DNA from: Candidatus Omnitrophota bacterium
Lineage (GTDB): Bacteria > Omnitrophota > Gorgyraeia > Ghiorseimicrobiales > Ghiorseimicrobiaceae
Length of the DNA: 64,000 bases
Assembly (NCBI GenBank): GCA_030681595.1
Contig: JAUXSB010000003.1
Span: forward strand, 159,207 to 223,206
Direction: 5' to 3'
The notes beneath the pieces were generated by a model, which worked only from the letters and a program-made list of their open reading frames with translations, ran no database searches and was not told the origin of the DNA. Numbering within the stretch: the first letter of the stretch is position 1; the number at the start of each line of letters is the position of its first letter. This document shows, in pieces, positions 46,253 to 56,619 of this stretch. Position numbers and translations under genes: made by a program.

Positions 46253-46313
46253 ATATTTTTTAAATTCAAAAAGCTATTAATAATTATATCAAAACTTAAA
46301 ACAAACACAAGCT

Positions 46314-47962
<1,649 letters not shown>

Positions 47963-47980
47963 TCAAGGCATTGCCGGCAA

Positions 47981-50899
47981 TCACCTGCTTATTGCCGCAT
48001 ATGGGCAGATTTGATTATAGGCACAATAGGTGCAGGATAAATATTGCGGCTTTGCGGGAAATTCGGCTCGGCGTATGCCGATAGCCGCTTCTTTTATCAC
48101 ACTGATTGTTTCTTCCAAGCCTGCGTCATCTTTTTCCGTGCTGCCTATCAACCCAGAATCTAAAAAATAGAGCCTCAAGCTTTGCGGTAATATGCTGTAA
48201 ATACATTTATACGCCAAGGCATAAATAGATAACTGCAGGCTTTCCTTAGCTTTTCTGTCGGCATCTTTTTGTTTTTTAATAGCAGATGTTTTAAAATCTA
48301 TTATTACCGCCTTATCACCAATTATATCAACACGATCCCAGCGTCCGCTGATTTTATTATTTTCCATAAAAAAAGAAAATTCCTTTTCCATGTAAGCAGG
48401 CAAGCTGGCTACTTTCTCCTCTTCCTGAAAAAACATCTTTAGCGCCCGATAGGCAGAAGCCCTTCTCTCTTCAATGTGTTCCCTAGAAAAAAAACCTTCC
48501 GCCCTAAAAGACGCGTCAAAGGCGCGGCACAACCCTTCTTTACTAAAGGGAATTTTATTTATCCTATGCTGATAATATTTTAATACCGCGTCATGCATTG
48601 CCTTGCCGTATAGCACTGTATGATGAGACATAATCGGGACACGTAAAATATGCACATATTTATATTTCAGCGGACAACTCATATAATCGTCAATCTGGTA
48701 ATAGCTTAAATTTAAAATTTCATTGTCCTGATCTATACCGGTTACTAAGGGCGGGGGGGTTTTCTGGGCGCCTGTTGCATTACGCTTAATCGCTTCTATT
48801 GGCGATGTTTTATTGACTTTGGAGGCTTGGTTATTTGCTTCTCCTAACGCTTCCGGGACAAACTGGCTTATTTTTCTTATCTTCTTACCGCCGTAATCAA
48901 GGGAGGAGGTAAAATAAAGCTCTTCCTTTGCCCGAGTCATCCCGACATAAAATAAACGGCGCTCTTCCTGAATATGAAAATTCCCCGAAGGAAGGGCATC
49001 CTTGATTAAAACATCAGGCACTTCTATCGGCTCTGCCCTCCTAGGCCAAGGGAAACGCCCCTGGACTAAACCAACCATAAAAACCACCTTAAACTCCAAA
49101 CCCTTTGCCTTATGTAGAGTCATAACCTGAACTGCCGAAATATCTAAATCCGGCTCTACTGTTGCAGGGTCATCCCCTGCCTCTATGAGAAGGCTTAGAT
49201 GTGCTACAAAATATACTACCCTATCTTCCTTCCCTAAATCCTCATAGCTGACAACTAACTCAAAAAACTTAGCCAAGTTACAGATTTTTTCTTCATTTGC
49301 GGCACTTGGATTTTTGGTTAGCGAAGAAAGATACCCCGTATCTGTAAGAAAAAGATACAATAACCTTCCGGTAGGCATATCCCGCGAAGCGCGCAGATAT
49401 CTTTCCATATCAACGATAAATCTGCTAATTACTTCTCTAGACTTTTCGGACACATCGCCTAATAGAGAATCATCCATCTTATACCTTAAAACAGAAAACA
49501 AAGACAGGTTTCTCCTCTTGGCATAATGCATAAGCAGGCTTAAATCCACGATATCCAGCGCGTAAATGGCAGAATTTAAAAGATGATACGCGCTAAGGCT
49601 GTCTTCAATGTCCGCCGCCAAGCGTAAAAATGAAATACACAGCCTCACTTCCTCTTTAGAATATAAACCCTGATTACCGCTAAAACGCCACGGGATACTC
49701 AGCATATTTAATGACCTTAAAAAAGGATCGGCATCATTATTAGAACGCACGAGTATGGCAAAATCAGAATATTTATAACTATTTTCTACTGCTTTTCTCT
49801 TTATAAGGCCGGCTACAAAATCCGCCTCTGAAGAAATCGTGTCAAAATTAAAATGCTCAACTTCCTTACCGTCTTTACTTAAACCGATTAATCTCTTATT
49901 GATATTGCTCTTAATCTCAAAACGATCCGGGTTATTATGCTGAATTAAGCGGTATGCCGAATCAAGGATATTTTGGCTGGAACGATAGTTCCTTATCAAA
50001 GTAATCTTTTTCGCTTTGCGATAAGTACTAGTAAAATTAAGTATATTACTGTAGGCGGCCCCGCGGAATCTATAGATACATTGATCATCGTCTGCCACAA
50101 CCGTGATATTACCGTGCTTGCCTGCCAATAGTTTCACCATTTCAAACTGGGCAAAATTTGTGTCCTGAAATTCATCTATCAAAATATATTTAAACTTTTT
50201 CTGATAACGCGCCAGCACTGCCGGATGCTTACACAACAACTCAAGGGCAAGATAAAATTGATTACCGAAATCAACCATGCCCTTTTCATTCAAAAAATCC
50301 TGGTATTGCTTAAAAACATTAGCAAGCTCAGTATGCTTTATTACCTCTTCTTTTAAAACAGGATCCGTATCCGCGCCCGGCAATAAAGCTAAATTGCGCG
50401 CGTAATCCAAATACTCCTTGCTGGAAATATTTTCGTCTTTTAAGCGGCTAAAATAAGTTATTATCGCCTCTATAAACCTTGCCGGGTCAGATAACGGCCT
50501 ATAATAAGAAAGATTGAATTTAAAAAGGTGTTCCTTAAAAAAAACCGCGGCCTCAGGCCGGGTTAAAACCCTAAAATCCGGATCCAACCCTAACACCAAA
50601 GCGTTTTCCCGTAAAAGTTTATCCCCAAAAGAATGAAACGTAGAAATCCATATTTCGGTATAACCGTAAGGCACAAGGACATCCACGCGTTCTTCCATCT
50701 CAGACGCCGCCCTATCCGTAAATGTAAGGGCCAAAATTTCATCCTGCCTTGCTTTCTGAGCCGCCAAAAGATAAGCAATCCTGCGCGTTATTACCGATGT
50801 TTTCCCTGTTCCGGCTCCGGCAATAATCAAAAGCGGCCCCTTATCATGCGTAACTACTTCAATTTGCTCCTGATTTAACCCTTCCAAAACGTTATCCAT
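47981..50899 (-). CDS. UvrD/PcrA-family SF1 helicase fused to a C-terminal PD-(D/E)xK, Cas4/AddB-like nuclease domain with a Cys cluster.
   Basis: N-terminal GAGTGKT Walker A and UvrD motifs. The C-terminus carries ..DFKT.. QLSIYALA .. CTYCAYNQICPYA. Confidence 0.75.
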   Translation of the reverse strand: MDNVLEGLNQEQIEVVTHDKGPLLIIAGAGTGKTSVITRRIAYLLAAQKARQDEILALTFTDRAASEMEERVDVLVPYGYTEIWISTFHSFGDKLLRENALVLGLDPDFRVLTRPEAAVFFKEHLFKFNLSYYRPLSDPARFIEAIITYFSRLKDENISSKEYLDYARNLALLPGADTDPVLKEEVIKHTELANVFKQYQDFLNEKGMVDFGNQFYLALELLCKHPAVLARYQKKFKYILIDEFQDTNFAQFEMVKLLAGKHGNITVVADDDQCIYRFRGAAYSNILNFTSTYRKAKKITLIRNYRSSQNILDSAYRLIQHNNPDRFEIKSNINKRLIGLSKDGKEVEHFNFDTISSEADFVAGLIKRKAVENSYKYSDFAILVRSNNDADPFLRSLNMLSIPWRFSGNQGLYSKEEVRLCISFLRLAADIEDSLSAYHLLNSAIYALDIVDLSLLMHYAKRRNLSLFSVLRYKMDDSLLGDVSEKSREVISRFIVDMERYLRASRDMPTGRLLYLFLTDTGYLSSLTKNPSAANEEKICNLAKFFELVVSYEDLGKEDRVVYFVAHLSLLIEAGDDPATVEPDLDISAVQVMTLHKAKGLEFKVVFMVGLVQGRFPWPRRAEPIEVPDVLIKDALPSGNFHIQEERRLFYVGMTRAKEELYFTSSLDYGGKKIRKISQFVPEALGEANNQASKVNKTSPIEAIKRNATGAQKTPPPLVTGIDQDNEILNLSYYQIDDYMSCPLKYKYVHILRVPIMSHHTVLYGKAMHDAVLKYYQHRINKIPFSKEGLCRAFDASFRAEGFFSREHIEERRASAYRALKMFFQEEEKVASLPAYMEKEFSFFMENNKISGRWDRVDIIGDKAVIIDFKTSAIKKQKDADRKAKESLQLSIYALAYKCIYSILPQSLRLYFLDSGLIGSTEKDDAGLEETISVIKEAAIGIRRAEFPAKPQYLSCTYCAYNQICPYAAISR

Positions 50900-51070
50900 T
50901 GTAAAATTTTAAACGCCAGCTCCGACGTTTCAGCCGGAGTCCCAACCGAAGAGTCGGAATTGGCAGATTTCTTCTCCTTGCGCCGCGCCCGAACGACTGT
51001 TCGGTCGGGCGGGCCACGAAAGGATTCACGGCATCAATCAAAAAATTTACGCCAGCCGGCATTTTTTTGA

Positions 51071-51098
51071 TTGACAATACTCTATTTTTGAGTATACT
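51071..51098 (+). promoter_or_regulatory. Strong sigma70-type promoter for rpmB (TTGACA, 16-nt spacer, TATACT), preceded by the palindrome ATCAATCAAAAAA..TTTTTTTGATTGA.
   Basis: TTGACA at 51071-51076 and TATACT at 51093-51098, about 36 nt upstream of the rpmB ATG. Confidence 0.6.
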
Positions 51099-51134
51099 TA
51101 TATAGATTATTAACCCAAAAAAAGGAACTAAAAA

Positions 51135-51353
51135 ATGGCTAAACAATGCGCGATTTGTGGAAAAGGTGTTGTTGTCGGAAAAATAATTATTCGCCGCGGT
51201 ATGGCGAAGAAAAAAGGCGGCGTCGGGCAAAAAACTACCCGCACTACACCCCGTAGATTTCTCCCCAACCTGCAAAAAGTTAAACTTATCGTAAACGGTA
51301 GAACCCGAAGGACCTACGTCTGTGCAAAATGTATTAAGGCCGGGAAGGTCTGA
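51135..51353 (+). CDS. rpmB: 50S ribosomal protein L28.
   Basis: MAKQCAICGKG...RRFLPNLQKV. Confidence 0.9.
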   Translation: MAKQCAICGKGVVVGKIIIRRGMAKKKGGVGQKTTRTTPRRFLPNLQKVKLIVNGRTRRTYVCAKCIKAGKV

Positions 51354-53019
51354 CATCCTTTAGGTTTAGCTGTATCTGACGGTTATCCTGCCAAGTGTCT
51401 AAAGACGCTGAATAAACCAAGTCTAGTTTTTCATTTTCTGACACAAGGCCAAACTTGTCTCCCATGCCAAAACCTACTACGGGAAAAGTCAACCTTCCGT
51501 CGTAAACCCAGAACTTAAGCGTATTCTTTCCTAAAACATTAGGCCTGCCTCTTACAAAAAGCTCAGAAGACAAAAATAGCGGCTCGGGATTACCGGCACC
51601 GAAAGGAGCTAAGTTATCAAGGCCGGAAACTAAATCCAAACTAAGTTCCGCTAAATTTACTTCCGCATCAATATCCAGGCAACGGATTAAGTCCTGCGGC
51701 GTTAATTCTATTCTAGCGATATCATTTATTAAATGTTTAAACTTCTCAATATTTGCCTCTAAAATAGTAAGCCCGGCCGCATGCGAATGCCCGCCATATC
51801 CTTCAAGAAATTCTCCGCACCGGCAAAGCGCATTAAAAATATGGAAATCCCGGATAGAACGGGCAGAACCCTTACCCAGAGAACCTTCAGTAGAAATAAT
51901 TATAGCCGGCCGGTAAAACCTATCGGCTATACGCGAAGCAACAATCCCTAAAACTCCCTGATGCCAACCCTCACAGCTTAAAACAATTACACTGTGATCT
52001 TTAAAATTTACCTCGCGCTCAACCTTAGCTAATGCCTCATCCAATATCTTCTTTTCAATCTCCTGCCGGCGGCGGTTCTCCACATCTAACTGACGCGCTA
52101 AATCTTCTGCCTCCGAGTGAGAAACTGCGGTCAAAAGATTAAAGGCAATCTCGGCAGAACTCATTCGCCCAGCGGCATTTAAACGCGGGCCCAAGATAAA
52201 GCTTACCGCATAAGGATCAAGTTTCCTGCCTCTAATACGGCAGATATCAATTAACGCTTTTAATCCGGGCTTCCTTGTCTGGCTCAAACACAAGAGGCCC
52301 TCTTTAACAAGTATCCTGTTTTCTCCCAAAAGCGGCACCACATCCGCAACTGTGCCCAATAAAACCAAATCTAAATCGTCTACGAGCAAATCGTCACAAA
52401 GCTTTTGGCATAATTTATAAACTACGCCTACCGCCGCTAAATCCCTAAAGGGATAGTTATGCCCTTTTAGCTTAGGGTCAACCACGGCAAGAGCGTTCGG
52501 CAATTTTTCTTGCGGCTCATGATGGTCGATAATAATGCTGTCGATTCCGGAAGCATTGAGTAACTCTATTTCTTTAAAATTAGTTATACCGCAATCAACG
52601 CTGATAAATAAATCAATTTTTTCTTTTCCGGCAAAACTTACTGCCTCTTCATTTATGCCATAGCCGTCCCTTAGACGGTGAGGAATGCAATGTTTTACCC
52701 TGGCTCCTAATTTCTCGAGGGTAAGTTTTAACAACGCGCAAGATGTTACCCCGTCAACATCGTAGTCGCCAAATATAAATATCTTTTCCTTTTTTTCTAT
52801 CGCCTGCTTCATCCGCTTGACAGCCTTATCTATATCCGGCAAAGATAACGGGCTATGCAAAAAAGACATATCCGAGCGCATAAATACTTCTGCATCTTCC
52901 TTATTCTTTACATTCCTATTAATCAACACTTGAGCTAAAACCGGCGGGATATTTAAGGCTTTGGCGAGGGATACCCTTAACAACGGTTCAGGTTTTGCTA
53001 CATTCCATCTTTTTTGCAT
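51334..53019 (-). CDS. recJ: Single-stranded-DNA-specific exonuclease RecJ.
   Basis: DHH and DHHA1 motifs (DHH..GGHSHAAG). Confidence 0.85.
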   Translation of the reverse strand: MQKRWNVAKPEPLLRVSLAKALNIPPVLAQVLINRNVKNKEDAEVFMRSDMSFLHSPLSLPDIDKAVKRMKQAIEKKEKIFIFGDYDVDGVTSCALLKLTLEKLGARVKHCIPHRLRDGYGINEEAVSFAGKEKIDLFISVDCGITNFKEIELLNASGIDSIIIDHHEPQEKLPNALAVVDPKLKGHNYPFRDLAAVGVVYKLCQKLCDDLLVDDLDLVLLGTVADVVPLLGENRILVKEGLLCLSQTRKPGLKALIDICRIRGRKLDPYAVSFILGPRLNAAGRMSSAEIAFNLLTAVSHSEAEDLARQLDVENRRRQEIEKKILDEALAKVEREVNFKDHSVIVLSCEGWHQGVLGIVASRIADRFYRPAIIISTEGSLGKGSARSIRDFHIFNALCRCGEFLEGYGGHSHAAGLTILEANIEKFKHLINDIARIELTPQDLIRCLDIDAEVNLAELSLDLVSGLDNLAPFGAGNPEPLFLSSELFVRGRPNVLGKNTLKFWVYDGRLTFPVVGFGMGDKFGLVSENEKLDLVYSASLDTWQDNRQIQLNLKDVRPSRP

Positions 53020-53117
53020 TTCTTTATAATTCTTTATTCCTATCCCGAAGCTACGGTCGGGATAAATTCCGGCACACAGGTTATGTCAACTACCGTTTCC
53101 ATAACCTGTGCCGTTAT

Positions 53118-54776
53118 TTACATTCTCTCCGGCGCAGATAACCCTGAAAGTAAAAGCCCGTTTCTTAATACAATCCTAACCGCATTAAGTAATTTAAGGC
53201 GGGCACAGCTTAAATCAAGGGATGCTAAATCCAAAACTTTATGCTTATCGTAACATTTATGAAAATCCGCGGCCAGTTCTACCAAATATTGCGTCAACGG
53301 ATAAGGATCAAACAGATCCAAGCACAAACTTAAAGCCAGCGGAAATTGCGCTAGTTTGCGCATAAGCATTAATTCTTCGAGGTTGGTGAGCAGTTTTAAG
53401 TCGGCATTTCCATGCGGGAAATTCTCCTCCTTTTCCTTATGCAATATGCTGGAAATCCGCGCGAAAGCATACTGGATATAATAGACAGGATTTTCCTGAG
53501 ATTCCTTTTTGGCCAAGTCCAAATCAAAATCTAAGTGGCTGGAAACACGCCTTGCAACGAGAAAAAAACGCGCCACATCTTTGCCTACTTCGTCAATAAT
53601 CTGGCGCAAGGTTACATAACTTGCCTTTCTGGTCGACATCGGCACAACTTTACCTTCGCGCAATAATGTCACTAACTGCACAATTATTACAGAAAGAGCA
53701 TCTTTCTCCTGCCCTAACGCAGAAACAGCTGCGCGAATTCGCGGGATATAGCCATGGTGATCCGGGCCCCATAAATTGATTACCCGTTTAAACCCACGCG
53801 CAAATTTATCACGATGATAGGCTATATCCGGAGCAAGATAAGTATAGCTTTTATCGCTCTTTATAATCACTCGGTCTTTATCATCGCCAAAAAGGGTTGA
53901 CTTAAACCAAACTGCCCCTTCGGAATCATAAATAAAATCTTTCTTTCTTAAAAATTCTATTGTATCTTCAATTTTTCCACTTTTGCTTAAAGCGCCTTGG
54001 GATGACCAAACGTTAAATTTAACATTAAAGTCTGCCAAATCATTTTTTATACCATCTAGTATATTTTTTACTCCGTATTCGGAAAAATTAAAATTTTGAT
54101 TTTCCAGCTTCAAGTTTTCAATTTCGGCGGCCATATCCTTCACATAATCCCCTTGATAATAATCTTCGGGAAAATCTATTTTCTCGCCCCTTAATTCTTT
54201 AAGCCTTAACTTGATAGAATTACCTAAGATATTAATCTGGTTACCCTCATCGTTTAAATAATATTCCCGTGTTACGCTAAAGCCTAAAAATTCCATTATC
54301 CTAGAAAGAGCATCCCCTACAGCAGCCTGCCGGGCATGGGCGATACTTAACGGCCCGGTGGGATTAGCACTCACAAATTCAATCTGTACCTTTTCTTTAT
54401 TTCCGAGGTCAACTTTGCCAAAATCACTATCTAACCTGATAATTTCCTCTATTTTTTTATAAAAGTATTCGTCTTTAATGAAGAAATTAATAAATCCCGC
54501 TCCGGCAATTTCAATTTTCCCGATTTCATCTTTTAACGGGGAAACGCTAATTTCTTTCTCTAGAATCTGTACAAGGGATTCGGCGATAATGCGGGGATTC
54601 TTTTTAAGGATCTTGCTTAATTGTAAAGCGGAATTGGAAGATAAATCACCGTGTATTCTCTCAGGCGGTATATTTAAAGAAAAAACACTTGAAACAAAAG
54701 CCTCGTCCTCTGTAATTTGGCCTGCCGCTTTGCCTATTACGATACCAAGCTTTTCTTCTAAATCAGTTTTTATCAT
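53118..54776 (-). CDS. argS: Arginyl-tRNA synthetase.
   Basis: HIGH-type motif (SANPTGPLSIAHAR) and a C-terminal DALR domain. Confidence 0.9.
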   Translation of the reverse strand: MIKTDLEEKLGIVIGKAAGQITEDEAFVSSVFSLNIPPERIHGDLSSNSALQLSKILKKNPRIIAESLVQILEKEISVSPLKDEIGKIEIAGAGFINFFIKDEYFYKKIEEIIRLDSDFGKVDLGNKEKVQIEFVSANPTGPLSIAHARQAAVGDALSRIMEFLGFSVTREYYLNDEGNQINILGNSIKLRLKELRGEKIDFPEDYYQGDYVKDMAAEIENLKLENQNFNFSEYGVKNILDGIKNDLADFNVKFNVWSSQGALSKSGKIEDTIEFLRKKDFIYDSEGAVWFKSTLFGDDKDRVIIKSDKSYTYLAPDIAYHRDKFARGFKRVINLWGPDHHGYIPRIRAAVSALGQEKDALSVIIVQLVTLLREGKVVPMSTRKASYVTLRQIIDEVGKDVARFFLVARRVSSHLDFDLDLAKKESQENPVYYIQYAFARISSILHKEKEENFPHGNADLKLLTNLEELMLMRKLAQFPLALSLCLDLFDPYPLTQYLVELAADFHKCYDKHKVLDLASLDLSCARLKLLNAVRIVLRNGLLLSGLSAPERM

Positions 54777-55116
54777 TATCTAATTTTACCGCTTCGGCAG
54801 AAGACCAAAGCCTCTCTAAAGCATAAAATTCGCGCATATCCGAACGAAAAATATGCACGATTACATCGCCAATATCCAACAGCACCCAAAGGCAAGTATT
54901 CTTTCCCTCATAATGCAAGATTTTGATGCCTGTTTTTTCAAAGCCATCTTTTATCGCCTCGGCAATTGTATCTACTCTCTTGCTCGATTCAGCTTCGAGA
55001 ATTACGAAATAATCACAGAGGTTGGAAATTTTGCCCACATTCAAAATAACAGGGCCTTCGGCCTTTTTGTCTTCTGCAAGCTTTACCGCGAATATTGCTT
55101 TGTCTAAAGCGTCTAT
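54763..55116 (-). CDS. rsfS: Ribosome silencing factor RsfS (Iojap). The true start is uncertain: the conserved N-terminus is preceded by an in-frame TAG.
   Basis: AKIDALDKAIFAVKLAEDKKAEGPVILNVGKISNLCDYFVI.. aligns with the RsfS N-terminus. GGAGG lies at 55126-55130 and the only nearby candidate start is ATA at 55114-55116. Confidence 0.7.
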   Translation of the reverse strand: MDALDKAIFAVKLAEDKKAEGPVILNVGKISNLCDYFVILEAESSKRVDTIAEAIKDGFEKTGIKILHYEGKNTCLWVLLDIGDVIVHIFRSDMREFYALERLWSSAEAVKLDNDKN

Positions 55117-55147
55117 TTTAGCCTACCTCCAGTTCCCAAATAATCTT

Positions 55148-55205
55148 ATAATAAAAACAGCGGACAGAAAGCTTCCAAAGTTCTGTAAGCGATCTGGCCG
55201 CTGTC
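55148..55205 (-). terminator. Nested-hairpin rho-independent terminator downstream of the small zinc-ribbon gene (ACAGCGG..CCGCTGT, with an inner ACAGAA..TTCTGT hairpin, then a U-run on the minus strand).
   Basis: The minus-strand reading has a stem followed by TGTTTTTATT. Confidence 0.6.
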
Positions 55206-55225
55206 TATTGCATCTTACCTAAAAT

Positions 55226-55375
55226 TTATTTTTTACCCACTATCTTATACATCCCTGTGCCGCAGTCCGGGCATTTGCCCTTTACTGCTGGGCGGCCGTT
55301 CTTCATCGTTACTCTCTCTTCATTCTTCATATCTTTTTTGCCTTTGCACTTTACGCAATAGCCCTGTTCTGCCAT
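55226..55375 (-). CDS. Small 49-aa zinc-ribbon protein, MAEQGYCVKCKGKKDMKNEERVTMKNGRPAVKGKCPDCGTGMYKIVGKK. It is not in the supplied ORF track because it is under 60 aa, and resembles the DUF5679-like CxxC..CxxC family.
   Basis: ATG at 55373-55375 with GGAGGAG 8 nt upstream. Two CxxC pairs. It has its own terminator, and a family-1 element sits in its 5' UTR. Confidence 0.7.
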   Translation of the reverse strand: MAEQGYCVKCKGKKDMKNEERVTMKNGRPAVKGKCPDCGTGMYKIVGKK

Positions 55376-55389
55376 CTTAATCCTCCTCA

Positions 55390-55512
55390 ATGACGACACG
55401 AGTTATAAGATCCGCCGTAGGCGGAGACGTAACTCGCATGTCGGAATTGATACCGACAGCTACAAAGAAAATTTGGAACAAATTTTTGCAGTGTTTTGCT
55501 GTCGGTATATAC
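55390..55512 (-). repeat. Structured intergenic repeat, family 1, copy D, in the 5' UTR of the zinc-ribbon gene. It has the ATACCGACAGC..GCTGTCGGTAT stem, the GAAAATTTGGAACAAATTTTTGCAGTGTT core and a CCGCCGTAGGCGG hairpin.
   Basis: Core identical to copy B over AAAATTTGGAACAAATTTT. The architecture is hairpin, core, then SD. Confidence 0.7.
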
Positions 55513-55604
55513 TTTTACTAATCGCTATCTTTATAAATACGCCGGATTGCTGCTTAGAATAAATCTTTTTATTATTATACACCCTAAATTTATAAGGTCA
55601 ACGC

Positions 55605-56618
55605 TTATTTAACCCGCCGGGAACCAACATGTTTTTCTTCAATTTCTCCGACGATTTCTTCAACCAGGTCTTCCAATGTTACCAGCCCAAGCGTTTTTCT
55701 CTTTTCATCAACTACAACCGCGATCTGTACCTTATCAGACTGAAATTTCCTCAACAGCTCGTTGACCTTCATCTCGGCGGACACATAAAACGGCTGATGA
55801 GCTAAATCGGAAAGCACAAATAAGCCTTTATCCCTAAGTATATAGAGTAAATCACGGGCATAAATTATACCGACAATCCTATCAATAGAGCCTTCATAAA
55901 CCGGGATACGGGCATGGCCCTCTTCGGTAAAAATGTTCAATAACTCCTCCGGGCTTGCCTTAACGTTTATTCCGACGATATTTTCTTTTGCAACCATGAC
56001 ATCCCGGACTTCGGTATCGCCGAATTCAAGAATACGGTGAAGCATTTTTCTTTCTTCTTCGCTAACCACGCCTTCTTCCTTGCCCGCCTCAATCATCAGG
56101 CGCAATTCCTCTTCGGTAATTAAAGGAGAATGGCCCGGCAGGCTGCCGCCGAATGCTTTAATTAAAATCCGGCTTAGCCCGCTAAAAAAAATCGCAAGCG
56201 GCCGGAATAAAACAATTATTCTTTCCATTACCGGGGCGGTCAAAAGCGCAACCCTGGCCGAATACCGGCTAGCCAAAATCTTCGGAGTTATCTCGCATAA
56301 AATCAATAGAAAAAAGGTAGTAACAAAGGTAGAAATAACCACACCCCAGTTCGGGCCGAATTTATATACGAAGACCACCGTAACAATAGCGGAAATCGCC
56401 GTATTCACCAAGTTATTACCGACTAATATAGTCGCAATCAATGTATCCAAATTCAGCATCAGGCGCTGTACGATGTTGGCATTCTTTACGCCTTTAGTAA
56501 GCATGTGTTTTAGCTTAATTTTACTTAAGGCAATAAGGGCGGTCTCAGAAGCAGAAAAAAAGGCAGATAAAAGAGCTAAAAGCCCTAACGCCGTTAATAC
56601 TAGAATCAATTCAAGCAT
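55605..56618 (-). CDS. CNNM/CorC-HlyC family transporter-associated protein (DUF21 membrane domain plus a CBS pair).
   Basis: Four N-terminal TM helices followed by tandem CBS-like segments. Confidence 0.65.
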   Translation of the reverse strand: MLELILVLTALGLLALLSAFFSASETALIALSKIKLKHMLTKGVKNANIVQRLMLNLDTLIATILVGNNLVNTAISAIVTVVFVYKFGPNWGVVISTFVTTFFLLILCEITPKILASRYSARVALLTAPVMERIIVLFRPLAIFFSGLSRILIKAFGGSLPGHSPLITEEELRLMIEAGKEEGVVSEEERKMLHRILEFGDTEVRDVMVAKENIVGINVKASPEELLNIFTEEGHARIPVYEGSIDRIVGIIYARDLLYILRDKGLFVLSDLAHQPFYVSAEMKVNELLRKFQSDKVQIAVVVDEKRKTLGLVTLEDLVEEIVGEIEEKHVGSRRVK

Positions 56619-56619
56619 A

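Noticed and set aside
50892-51356. 154-aa minus-strand ORF overlapping rpmB.
   Set aside because: It is antisense to a highly conserved ribosomal protein gene and to its promoter. It has no recognisable features, so it is most likely spurious.
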